Below are positions 28,315-37,066 of a DNA stretch of 64,000 nt, piece by piece. The DNA is taken from contig CAWFJJ010000001.1 of the NCBI GenBank assembly GCA_963816185.1, forward strand, positions 576,001 to 640,000. Direction: 5' to 3'. The position numbers and the translations under genes were made by a program. Source of the DNA: Thermoanaerobaculia bacterium (GTDB taxonomy: Bacteria; Acidobacteriota; Thermoanaerobaculia; UBA5066). How positions within the stretch are numbered: the first letter of the stretch is position 1; each line of letters begins with the position of its first letter. Below the pieces are notes generated by a model. The model saw nothing but the letters and a program-made list of their open reading frames with translations, had not been told where the DNA came from and did no database searches.

Positions 28315-28716
28315 CTAGGGGCGTGGTGAACCGTACCCGAGGATCGCGGCGGCTTTCTCGCGGGCCTCGCGCTCGACGCCTTCGCAGACGATCGAGCAGA
28401 TCTTCAGGAGCGTCGGATCGGCGATGCGATAGACGGTTCGAGTGCCGTCCTTGTGCCTGTCCACGAGCGCGGAGCCGTGCAGGACCGCGAGGTGCTTGCT
28501 CACGTTCGCCTGAGTGCCGCCGACGTCGTCGAGGATCTCGCCGACGGAGGCCTCCCCTCGCGCGAGATGCCTCAGGATCTTGATGCGCATCGGCTCGGAG
28601 AGCGCGCGGAAGCGGACCGCGACCTCCTCGCAGCCGGCGTCCGTCGCGGGCAGCGAGGCGTCCGCCGCCGCGCAGCCGCCGGAGCGGGGCCCGCCGGGCC
28701 CCGGAGTCAGCCTCAC
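28315..28716 (-). CDS. ArsR/SmtB family regulator (copy 2)
   Basis: Near-duplicate of copy 1 (FRALSEPMRIKIL, QANVSKHL, ICSIVC). Start inferred at GTG 28716. Confidence 0.8.
   Translation of the reverse strand: MRLTPGPGGPRSGGCAAADASLPATDAGCEEVAVRFRALSEPMRIKILRHLARGEASVGEILDDVGGTQANVSKHLAVLHGSALVDRHKDGTRTVYRIADPTLLKICSIVCEGVEREAREKAAAILGYGSPRP
28685..28712 (-). promoter_or_regulatory. Candidate bacterial SECIS element
   Basis: UGA + 9 nt + CGGGGCCC-GGC-GGGCCCCG, a perfect 8-bp stem with the loop starting 17 nt after UGA. Confidence 0.55.
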
Positions 28717-28919
28717 GTGAATCGGCGGGGGCCGGGCCCGCACGAGCCTCCTCCGCCGCTCCCGGCGGACGAACCGCCGGACGCGAAGCGCGAGACGAGC
28801 TTCTCGACCTCCTCGCTTCCGCACTCGGGGCAGGTCACCCCGAGGCCGTCGAGGCCGGCGGCGACAAGCTCTTCGAACGTCGCGCCGCATTCTTCACACG
28901 TGAACTCGTAGAGGGGCAC
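28707..28919 (-). CDS. FmdB-family zinc-ribbon protein, probably ending in FT-Sec-G
   Basis: MPLYEFTCEECG...CPECGS. The end reads TTC ACG TGA GGC TGA followed by a hairpin. Without readthrough the CDS ends at 28713. Confidence 0.8.
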
Positions 28920-28929
28920 AGGATCCTCC

Positions 28930-29211
28930 TCAGGCGTCCCAGGACTCGAGGGCCCAGGTGATGACGTGGGGACAGGGCGGGGCGCCCGGCAGCGCCTTGA
29001 GCATCGCGCGCAGCTTCGGGACGTCCTCGTCCGCGACGAAGGACATGATGATCGTCGACGTCTTCGGGAACGCCGCCGAGCCGAGGTGGCGACCCGACGA
29101 GCCGACGCCGCGGGCGTCGACCTCCGTGTAGCCGGTCACGCCGGCGCGCTCGAGGGCGATCTCGACGTCCTCGCGACAGGCGGTGCCGGCGAGGACCATG
29201 AGCATCTTCAC
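28930..29211 (-). CDS. P-II-like transporter-associated small protein
   Basis: GVTGYT...RGVGSSG motif and GTGA overlap with the RND gene. Confidence 0.7.
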   Translation of the reverse strand: MKMLMVLAGTACREDVEIALERAGVTGYTEVDARGVGSSGRHLGSAAFPKTSTIIMSFVADEDVPKLRAMLKALPGAPPCPHVITWALESWDA

Positions 29212-32200
29212 GCTTCTTCCTCCTCCGCCGGCGGGACGCCCGCGGTCTTGAGATACATGAAATAAAGGAGAGGGATCACGATGAGCGTCAGGGCGGTCGC
29301 GACGACGACGCCCGAGATGAGCGCGACGGCGAGGCCCTGAAAGATCGGGTCGAGGAGGATGACGGCGCCGCCCGCGACGAGCGCGAGGGCCGTCAGGACG
29401 ATCGGCCGGAAGCGCACCGCGCCCGCCTTCAGGACGGCCTCCTCGAGGGGCTCGCCGGCCGCGAGCTCGAGATTCACGAAATCCACGAGGAGGATCGAGT
29501 TCCTCACGATGATCCCCGCGAGCGCGATGAAGCCGATCATCGACGTCGCCGTGAAGAACACGCCGAAGAGCGCATGCGCGGGCAGGATCCCGATGAGCGT
29601 GAGCGGGATCGGCGCCATGATGATGAGGGGCGTCACGAACGAGCGGAACCACCCGACGACGAGGACATAGATGAGGACGAGGACGGCTGCGAAGGCGATC
29701 CCCATGTCCCGGAAGACCTCGTACGTGATGTGCCACTCGCCGTCCCATTTCATCGCGTAGCGGTTCGAGTCGGTCGGGAGCGTCGTCGAGAGGACCTCGA
29801 GGGGCCGGCCGTCGGGCGCCTTCAGCGCCGCGATGCGGCTCTTCATGTCGAGGATGCCGTACACGGGAGCCTCGGCCACCCCGGCCATCTCGGCGAGCAC
29901 ATACGTCACGGGCTGCAGGTTCTTGTGGTAGATGAAGGGCGCGCGGACGCCGTTCTGGACGGTCACGAGCTCGCGGACCGGGACGAGCGCCCCCGTCGCG
30001 GACGGCACGGTCGTCGCGAGGAGCCCCTCGAGGCCGGAGCGCTGCGCGCGCTCGAGCCGCAGGACGATCGGCACGCCCTCGCGGGCGGCGTCCACGTGGA
30101 GAAGGCCCGCGTCCATCCCGTCGAGCGCGATCCGGAGAGTCTTGACGACGACCTCGGGCGTCACGCCGCTCCGCATCGCCTTCTCGCGGTCCACGGCGAG
30201 CTCGACCTTCGGGGCCGGGTCCTCGACGAGCCAGTCGGTGTCGACGACGCCCGGCGTGGACTCGAAGATGCCGCGGACCTGCTTCGCGAGCGCGATGCGG
30301 CGGACCGGGTCGGGGCCGTAGATCTCGGCGACCATCGTGGAGAGCACCGGCGGCCCAGGCGGCACTTCGGTGACCTTGACGTTCGCCCCGAGGCGTCTTG
30401 CGGCCGGCGTGATCAGGTTCCGGATCGCCTTGGCGATCGTATGGCTGTCCGTGCCGCGTTCGCCCTTGGGCGCGAGGTTCACCTGCAGGTCTGCGACGAG
30501 CGGGCCGGACCTCAAAAAGTAGTGCCTCACGAGGCCGTTGAAGTTGAACGGGGCCGACGTGCCGGCGTAGACCTCGACGTCCGCGACCTCGGGCCGGGTC
30601 TTCACGAGGACGGCGAGCTCGCGCGCAGCCGCGGCCGTCGCCTCGAGCGTCGTTCCCTCGGGCATGTCGACGACGACCTGCAGCTCGCTCTTGTTGTCGT
30701 ACGGGAGCATCTTGACCTTCACGGCCCGCACGACGAAGAGTCCGCAGGACAGCAGCAACAGCACGACGACGCCGCCGAGGAGAGCCCAGCGACGCCGTGT
30801 GTGCGCGAGAAGCGGCGCGAAGAGCCTCCGGTAGAGGCGGACGACGCGGTCTTCGGCGGGAGGCTCGTCGTCCAGGGCGCCGGGCGCGAAGTGCTCCTCG
30901 CCCTTCAGGTGCGCTTCGGCGAACTTGCGGAAGAGCCGGAACGTAAGCCACGGCGACACGACGAACGCCACGAGCAGCGAGAAGACCATCGCGGCCGAGG
31001 CGTTCACGGGGATCGGGCGCATGTACGGGCCCATGAGGCCCGACACGAACGCGAGCGGCAGGAGCGCCGCGACGACCGCGAACGTCGCGAGGATCGTCGG
31101 ATTGCCGACCTCGTCGACCGCGTAGACGGTCGCGAGGCGCGGCTCGCCCCAGCCGAGCTCGTAATGGCGGTGGACGTTCTCGACGACGACGATCGCGTCG
31201 TCGACGAGGATGCCGATCGCGAAGATGAGGGCGAAGAGCGTGACGCGGTTCAGCGTGTAGCCGAAGAGGTACGACGAGAAGAGCGTCAAGGCGAGCGTCG
31301 CTGGGACCGCGACGAGGACGACGACGGCCTCGCGGCGCCCGAGGAAGAGCGCCATCAGGATCACGACGGAGAGCGTCGCGAGCCCGACGTGGAAGATCAG
31401 CTCCGACGACTTCTCGTCGGCCGTCTTGCCGTAGTCGCGCGTCTTCGTGACGGTCACGTTGGACGGGATGACGGGGCCCTTGAGGCGCTCGAGGCGCGCG
31501 TCCAGCTCCTTGACGAGCGTGACGGCGTTCGTACCGGGCTTCTTCGCGACGGCGAGCGTCACCGCGGGGGCTTCTTCCCCGGCCTTCGTGAACATCCAGA
31601 CGTACTGGGTGGGCTCCTCGGGACCGTCCGCCACGGCCGCGACGTCCTTCAGCCATACAGGCTTGCCGTTCGCGACGCCGATCACGGCGAGGCCGACGTC
31701 CTGGGCGCGCCGGAAGAGCGAACCGACCTCGACGGGCACCTCCGCGTTGCCGGCGACGAAGCTGCCGGCCGGGAGCCGCCAGTTGAGCCCCGAAAGGGCC
31801 TGATGGGCCTGGACGAGCGAGACTCCGTAGGCGGCGAGGCGGTCGCGATCGAAGGTGACGTTGACGACCCGGCGCTGCCCGCCGAGGACCGTCACCTGCG
31901 CGACGCGCGGGTGCCGGGCAAAGTCGGCCTTGACCTCGTCGGCAATCTGCCGGAGCTGCATCGGCGTGGCGTCCTTCGAAAAGAGCGTGTACGCGGCGAC
32001 CGGCACGTCGTCGATTCCGCGCGGCGCGACGACGGGCGGAAGTGCGCCCGGCGGAAGACTCGGCTGGAGCTCGGCGAGCTTGGCGTGGACGCGGACGACG
32101 GCCTGGTCGGGGTCGGTCCCGACGAGGAAGCGCACGATCACGATGCCGCCCGAGGGCTGCGACGTCGAGTAGACGTACTCGACGTTCGGGATCTGATAGA

Positions 32201-32489
32201 GGGCTTTTTCGACGGGAGAGACGACGCGCCGATCGACCTCCTCGGCCGTCGCGCCGGGGAGCGCGACGAAGACGTCGATCATGGGGACCTTGATCTGGGG
32301 CTCCTCCTCGCGCGGCGTGATGAGGACCGCGAACGCGCCGAGAAGGAGTGATGCGACGACGAGGAGCGGCGTGAGCTTGGATTCGAGGAACGCCTTTGCA
32401 ATCCGGCCCGAGGCTCCAAGGGGCCGGCGCGTCATCTTGCGGCGGAGCGCCTCGCGCGGGTCCTTCCCGCGGCGGGTTTGTTCGCTCAC
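29208..32489 (-). CDS. RND efflux permease (AcrB/AcrD/AcrF family)
   Basis: 1093 aa with REEEPQI, GILVDDAIVVVEN, GIIVRNSILLVD and RFRPI. Confidence 0.92.
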   Translation of the reverse strand: MSEQTRRGKDPREALRRKMTRRPLGASGRIAKAFLESKLTPLLVVASLLLGAFAVLITPREEEPQIKVPMIDVFVALPGATAEEVDRRVVSPVEKALYQIPNVEYVYSTSQPSGGIVIVRFLVGTDPDQAVVRVHAKLAELQPSLPPGALPPVVAPRGIDDVPVAAYTLFSKDATPMQLRQIADEVKADFARHPRVAQVTVLGGQRRVVNVTFDRDRLAAYGVSLVQAHQALSGLNWRLPAGSFVAGNAEVPVEVGSLFRRAQDVGLAVIGVANGKPVWLKDVAAVADGPEEPTQYVWMFTKAGEEAPAVTLAVAKKPGTNAVTLVKELDARLERLKGPVIPSNVTVTKTRDYGKTADEKSSELIFHVGLATLSVVILMALFLGRREAVVVLVAVPATLALTLFSSYLFGYTLNRVTLFALIFAIGILVDDAIVVVENVHRHYELGWGEPRLATVYAVDEVGNPTILATFAVVAALLPLAFVSGLMGPYMRPIPVNASAAMVFSLLVAFVVSPWLTFRLFRKFAEAHLKGEEHFAPGALDDEPPAEDRVVRLYRRLFAPLLAHTRRRWALLGGVVVLLLLSCGLFVVRAVKVKMLPYDNKSELQVVVDMPEGTTLEATAAAARELAVLVKTRPEVADVEVYAGTSAPFNFNGLVRHYFLRSGPLVADLQVNLAPKGERGTDSHTIAKAIRNLITPAARRLGANVKVTEVPPGPPVLSTMVAEIYGPDPVRRIALAKQVRGIFESTPGVVDTDWLVEDPAPKVELAVDREKAMRSGVTPEVVVKTLRIALDGMDAGLLHVDAAREGVPIVLRLERAQRSGLEGLLATTVPSATGALVPVRELVTVQNGVRAPFIYHKNLQPVTYVLAEMAGVAEAPVYGILDMKSRIAALKAPDGRPLEVLSTTLPTDSNRYAMKWDGEWHITYEVFRDMGIAFAAVLVLIYVLVVGWFRSFVTPLIIMAPIPLTLIGILPAHALFGVFFTATSMIGFIALAGIIVRNSILLVDFVNLELAAGEPLEEAVLKAGAVRFRPIVLTALALVAGGAVILLDPIFQGLAVALISGVVVATALTLIVIPLLYFMYLKTAGVPPAEEEEA

Positions 32490-33733
32490 CGGGCGCTTTC
32501 CTTCGCCGCGGCGTCTTTCGGTTCGGAGACGGGCGCGCCGTCCGCGGGCGGCGCCGAAAGACCGACGAGGACGGTCTCGCCCCCGGAGAGGCCGGACAGG
32601 ATCTCGACCTTGCCGCCTTGCGAGGCGCCCGTCGTCACGACGCGCGTCCGCGCCTTGCCGGCGTCGTCCTTCAACGCGACGAGGCTGACGCCGCCGCTCG
32701 CGAGAACCGCGCTCTCGGGAACGAGGACGGACGGCCGCGGCGCCGAGTCGAGCGTCGCGCGGCCCGTGAGGCCGGTCGCGACGGGTGCGCCCGCGAGCTC
32801 GAGCGTCGCCGTGTAGGTATGGGTGGAGGGGTCGGCGCCGGGAGACATCTCGACGACGGTGCCCGTCAAATCGGCTGCCGCGCCGTCGATCCTCACGGCG
32901 AGCTTCTTTCCGACCGAGAGGCCCGAGGAAGCGACCGTGCCGGCCGGGACTTGGACGACGAGCCGGCGGCCCGTCGCGGACTCGATCGTGACGAGCGGGC
33001 GGCCCGGGGCCGCGAGGTCGCCCGCCTCGACGAGGCGCGAGGCCACGCGGCCGGCGAAAGGCGCCACGACGCGGGATTCCCCCGCGACCGAGGACGCGGC
33101 ATCCACCGCGCCTTCACCCTGCTGGACGGCGCCCTTCGCCTGCTCGTACTGCATCCGGCTCATGTCGAGCTCGAGCGGCGAGGCGGAGCCCGAGGCCGCG
33201 AGGGCCTTGTAGCGCTCGTAGTTGCGCTGGGCGAGGGAGAGGGCCGCGCGGGCCTGAGCGAGCGCGCCTTTCGCCTGGGACTCCTGGCCCCGCGCCGTCT
33301 GCGGGTCGATCTCGACGAGGACGTCGCCCGCGGCGACGGATTGTCCGACGCGCGCGGGAACCGCGACCACGTTCGCCATCACGCGCGAAGAGACGGAGGC
33401 AGAGCGGTCGGCGGTGACGGTCCCGTAGAGAGTAAGTCGATCCGGCAACGAGGCCCGCTCGACGAGTGCCGTAGCCGCGGCGACCGGGGAGAGAGAAGAA
33501 GATTTCTTAGAGGGGTCATGGGAGGCGCCGCAGCCCGCAAGGACCGCCACGGCGACTCCCGCGGCGATCAGGCCCACTAACACCATCGAAGAAGATCCGA
33601 ACACGGCCTTTCGCGCGCTCGTCGCCGCCAAAAGCGGTGCGGGTTTCCCATTCTTCATCTTCAAAGAAGATCCGAATCCCCGGTTCTCTTCCTTCGCAGA
33701 AATTCCGAATCCGATCCTCTTCCCGATCTTCAC
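32486..33733 (-). CDS. RND periplasmic adaptor (membrane fusion protein)
   Basis: Lipobox LAGC, biotinyl-like GQSVAAGD, VAPFAG and EILSGLSGGE, plus an unusual N-terminal extension. Confidence 0.85.
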   Translation of the reverse strand: MKIGKRIGFGISAKEENRGFGSSLKMKNGKPAPLLAATSARKAVFGSSSMVLVGLIAAGVAVAVLAGCGASHDPSKKSSSLSPVAAATALVERASLPDRLTLYGTVTADRSASVSSRVMANVVAVPARVGQSVAAGDVLVEIDPQTARGQESQAKGALAQARAALSLAQRNYERYKALAASGSASPLELDMSRMQYEQAKGAVQQGEGAVDAASSVAGESRVVAPFAGRVASRLVEAGDLAAPGRPLVTIESATGRRLVVQVPAGTVASSGLSVGKKLAVRIDGAAADLTGTVVEMSPGADPSTHTYTATLELAGAPVATGLTGRATLDSAPRPSVLVPESAVLASGGVSLVALKDDAGKARTRVVTTGASQGGKVEILSGLSGGETVLVGLSAPPADGAPVSEPKDAAAKESAR

Positions 33734-35103
33734 TCAATTCCTCCGTTCAAAATGCTCTCGGGGCGGCGCCCCGCTTTGACGGCGAGCCTCAGAGCCGCCG
33801 TGTGCGCGTCGGCTCGAGCGACGAGCTCGCGCGTCTCCGCCTCGCGGCGGGCCGTCGTGACGTCCAGGAGATCGAGCGTCTTCACGACGCCTGCACGGAA
33901 CCTCTCCTCGGTGATGCGCTCGGCCTCGCGTGCCGCTTCGAGCGCCTTTTTCGCGGTCTCGTGCCGGGCCTCCGCCGTCTTCGCTTCCTCGTAGGCCTGC
34001 CGGACCTCGAGGCGGACGCCGTCGGCGAACCGGTCGACGTCCTCGCGGCCCGCGCGGGCGTCTTCGCGCGCCGCGAGGGCCGCGGCGCGGTCGGCGCCGC
34101 CCGCAAAAACGTTCCAGGTCGCGACGGCCATGATCGATCCCGACGTGCCGGTCGAGCCGAACGGCTTGTCGCCGTAGAGCTCGCCCTTGGCGACGAACGC
34201 GAGCTTCGGCCAGAGGGGCGCCTTCTTCACCTTCTCCTCGATCTCGCCCGCGGCGAGGAGCTTCCGGGCCGAGCCGAGGTCGGAACGGTCGGCGGCGGTC
34301 GCGAGCCAGGTATCCAGGGGCGTCGCGACGGGGCGGGGATCAGGAAGCGGGGCGAGGATCCACGAAGAGCCGCCCGCGGCCCCCAGCCGGAACGCGAGAT
34401 TCGCGTTCGCGATCCTCACGCGTCCGTCGGCCTCGGTCGCGAGGTCGTCCATCCGGGCGAGCTCGACCTGGGCCCTCAGGAGCTCCGAGCGGACGAGCAT
34501 GCCCTGCGCCACGTAATCGCCCGCGAGCTTGACGTGCGCGGCCACCGTGTCGCGCGATTTGTGAAGCAAGGTCGCATACTCCTCGGCCTGTGCGACCATG
34601 ACGTACGCTTCGGCGGCCGAAAGGGCGGCGTTGTCGGACACCCACGTGGACGTTCCGGACGCCGCCTGAGCCGCGAGCTTCGCCTGGTCGATGCGGCCCG
34701 AGAGCTCGCCGCCCGTGAAGAGGGGGAGGGTGATCTCGGCCCGCGTGATCCCGGTGTTGAGCGGCGCGGCGTCGTTCGGGTCGCTCGCGACGAACTCCGG
34801 GAACGAGAACGTGCCCTGGTTGAGCTTCAGCGCGAATGCCTCGGCCGGGTTGTTCGTCCGCATCCAGAGCTCCGTCAGGTTGAGCGACGGCAGCCGGAAG
34901 GCTTTCGCCTGGGAGGCACGGGCTTCGGCGGCCCCTTGGCGGGCTTTTGCGGCCGTGACCTCGCGCGCGCTCTCACGCGCCTTCTGCATGGCCCCGGCGA
35001 GGGTCAGGGGGGACGGGGTCTCCGGAGGCTCGGCGGCCCGGGCCGGTCCGGCCAGCGCCGCCGCCAGTCCGAGGAGGACGAGGGGGTTGCTTTTTCCGTT
35101 CAC
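33730..35103 (-). CDS. TolC family outer-membrane efflux protein
   Basis: Signal peptide, LPLFTGG and EERFRAG...LDLLD, in an operon with the MFP and RND genes. Confidence 0.85.
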   Translation of the reverse strand: MNGKSNPLVLLGLAAALAGPARAAEPPETPSPLTLAGAMQKARESAREVTAAKARQGAAEARASQAKAFRLPSLNLTELWMRTNNPAEAFALKLNQGTFSFPEFVASDPNDAAPLNTGITRAEITLPLFTGGELSGRIDQAKLAAQAASGTSTWVSDNAALSAAEAYVMVAQAEEYATLLHKSRDTVAAHVKLAGDYVAQGMLVRSELLRAQVELARMDDLATEADGRVRIANANLAFRLGAAGGSSWILAPLPDPRPVATPLDTWLATAADRSDLGSARKLLAAGEIEEKVKKAPLWPKLAFVAKGELYGDKPFGSTGTSGSIMAVATWNVFAGGADRAAALAAREDARAGREDVDRFADGVRLEVRQAYEEAKTAEARHETAKKALEAAREAERITEERFRAGVVKTLDLLDVTTARREAETRELVARADAHTAALRLAVKAGRRPESILNGGIE

Positions 35104-35110
35104 GTGGACT

Positions 35111-35140
35111 AATATATAGCTATATGGTTATGAAAGTCAA
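35111..35140 (-). promoter_or_regulatory. Sigma70 promoter with palindromic operator (site 3, 35116-35131)
   Basis: TTGACT-18 nt-TATATT, 7 nt before the tolC GTG. Operator is ATAGCTATATGGTTAT. Confidence 0.65.
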
Positions 35141-35176
35141 GGCCCGAGGATCCGGGCCCGAAACAAGGAGAGACCG

Positions 35177-35410
35177 ATGACCGTCAACGACGCCCTTCGC
35201 GCCATCGCCGGGTTCTTCGTCCTGGCCTCCGTGGCCCTCGGATACTGGGTTCACCCCGGCTTCTTCCTGTTCACCGCCTTCGTGGGGGCGAACCTCCTCC
35301 AGAGCGGCTTCTCGAAGTGGTGCCCGATGATCACGATCCTGAGGAAGGCGGGCGTGAAGGACATCCTGCCCGAGCCGAAAGCCGCCTGCTGCGCCGGCGG
35401 TGCCGTGTGA
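35177..35410 (+). CDS. DUF2892 / YgaP-like membrane protein
   Basis: FVGANLLQSGFSKWCPM signature. Confidence 0.85.
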   Translation: MTVNDALRAIAGFFVLASVALGYWVHPGFFLFTAFVGANLLQSGFSKWCPMITILRKAGVKDILPEPKAACCAGGAV

Positions 35411-35793
35411 ACATCGCCGTCTCGTTCCTCGGCGGCGTCGCCATCGAGGCGAACGTCGAGGGGCAGAAGGTGCGGACCGATCACCCGCCGCCGCTCGGGG
35501 GCGGCACCGCCGCCTCGCCGTTCGACCTCTTCCTCGCGTCGATCGCGACGTGCATGAGCTTCTATGCCCTCCGCTTCTGTCAGGAGCGCGGGATCGCGAC
35601 GGAGGGGCTCGCCCTCTCGTTCGAGGCGCAGCAGGACGAGGCCAAGAAGCGCGTCACGGCGTTCCGGGCCGCGCTCACGCTCCCGAAGGGCTTCCCCGAG
35701 AAGTACGGCGACGCGATTCGGCGCGCGGTCGACCAGTGCACCGTTCGGCGGCACATGATCGAGCCGCCCGCGTTCGAGCTGACGGTCTCGTGA
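35407..35793 (+). CDS. OsmC family protein
   Basis: TDHP...GG, SPFDLFLASIATC and QCTVRRH. GTGA overlap with the upstream gene. Confidence 0.85.
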   Translation: MNIAVSFLGGVAIEANVEGQKVRTDHPPPLGGGTAASPFDLFLASIATCMSFYALRFCQERGIATEGLALSFEAQQDEAKKRVTAFRAALTLPKGFPEKYGDAIRRAVDQCTVRRHMIEPPAFELTVS

Positions 35794-35802
35794 AGCGGGG
35801 CG

Positions 35803-36180
35803 TCAGCCCGAGCCGAGGAGTCCCCAGGAGAGCGCGAGGAGGACGAGGAGCGAGACCCCGACGTAGAGGCGGTCGCGCGCGCGGGCGAACTCGACGAGGC
35901 ACAGGGCGACGCGGGCGAACGGCGTCGCGACGAGGAGGAGGACGCCGAGCTGCATGATCCCGCGCGGGTCGGCCCGGGTGGCGTCCACGAGGGCCCCGGA
36001 AACGGTTCGGAAGGCCGCCGGCTCGCCGCGAAAGACGTGGTAATCGGCGTGCCGCATGCCCTCCTGCACGATGAACGGCACGAGACCCAGGACGATCACG
36101 GCGCTCGACACGATGACGCCGATCCGGAGGATCCCGCCCACTTCGAGGGCGAGGTGCCGGTCGCTGCGGCTCGCCTTCAC
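35803..36180 (-). CDS. DUF1634 membrane protein
   Basis: GIMQLGVLLLVATPFARV, coupled to the TauE gene. Confidence 0.8.
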   Translation of the reverse strand: MKASRSDRHLALEVGGILRIGVIVSSAVIVLGLVPFIVQEGMRHADYHVFRGEPAAFRTVSGALVDATRADPRGIMQLGVLLLVATPFARVALCLVEFARARDRLYVGVSLLVLLALSWGLLGSG

Positions 36181-37016
36181 GCGGCACCCCGGAGGCCGTG
36201 GACGATCATCTGGATCCCCATGATGAGAACGACGGCGGTGAAGAGAAAGCGAAGGACGATCGAGCGGGAGGTCGTCAGGATCCGCGCGCCGAGCGCCGAC
36301 CCCGCGAGGACGCCGAGGACTGCGGTCGCGGCGAGCGGCGGGTCGATGTATCCGCGGGTGAGGTAAACGCCCGCGCTCGCGGCAGCCGTCACGCCGATCA
36401 TGAAGTTGCTCGTGGTCGTCGAGACCTTGTAGGGGAGCTTCAGAACCGTGTCCATCGAGAGGACCTTGAGCGCCCCCGAGCCGATTCCGAGGAGGCCCGA
36501 GACCGCGCCCGCGACGATCATCAGCAGCCACGCGAGTGGGACGCGCCGCGGGAAATACGCCTGCTCGCGGCCGGCGAGGGAAGGATAGGAGCCGTTCAAG
36601 CGGAGACGCGTCGCGAGCGGGTCGGGGGACGGGCTTCCCGCCGTCTCGGCGTGGCCCTTCCACGAAAACGCCGTCGAGCCGAGGAGGACGGCGCCGAAGA
36701 TCACCGCGATCGAGGACGTCGGGATTCGCGTCGCGAGAAACGCGCCGAGGAGCGCGCCGAGCGTCGTCGCGATCTCGAAGAAAAGGCCGATCCTGACGTT
36801 CGAGAAGCCCTCGCGCACGTAGGCCGCGGCGGCGCCGCTCGACGTCGCGATCACGGCGACGAGCGCGGTCCCGATCGCGTACTTGATGTCGACGCCGAGA
36901 CCGAGCGTCAGGAGGGGCACGAGGACGACGCCGCCGCCGAGGCCCGTGAGCGCGCCGACGAGGCCCGCGGCGCCCGCGCCGAAGAACAGGAGCGCGGTGA
37001 AGGCGAGAACGTTCAC
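36177..37016 (-). CDS. TauE/SafE (TSUP) sulfite exporter family
   Basis: GALTGLGGG, SGLLGIGSG and STTTSNFMIGVTA. Confidence 0.9.
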   Translation of the reverse strand: MNVLAFTALLFFGAGAAGLVGALTGLGGGVVLVPLLTLGLGVDIKYAIGTALVAVIATSSGAAAAYVREGFSNVRIGLFFEIATTLGALLGAFLATRIPTSSIAVIFGAVLLGSTAFSWKGHAETAGSPSPDPLATRLRLNGSYPSLAGREQAYFPRRVPLAWLLMIVAGAVSGLLGIGSGALKVLSMDTVLKLPYKVSTTTSNFMIGVTAAASAGVYLTRGYIDPPLAATAVLGVLAGSALGARILTTSRSIVLRFLFTAVVLIMGIQMIVHGLRGAA

Positions 37017-37066
37017 GCCGGCACTTTACCGGGATTCCGGTCTCTTGGTCTGCGCGCTAAGCTGAG

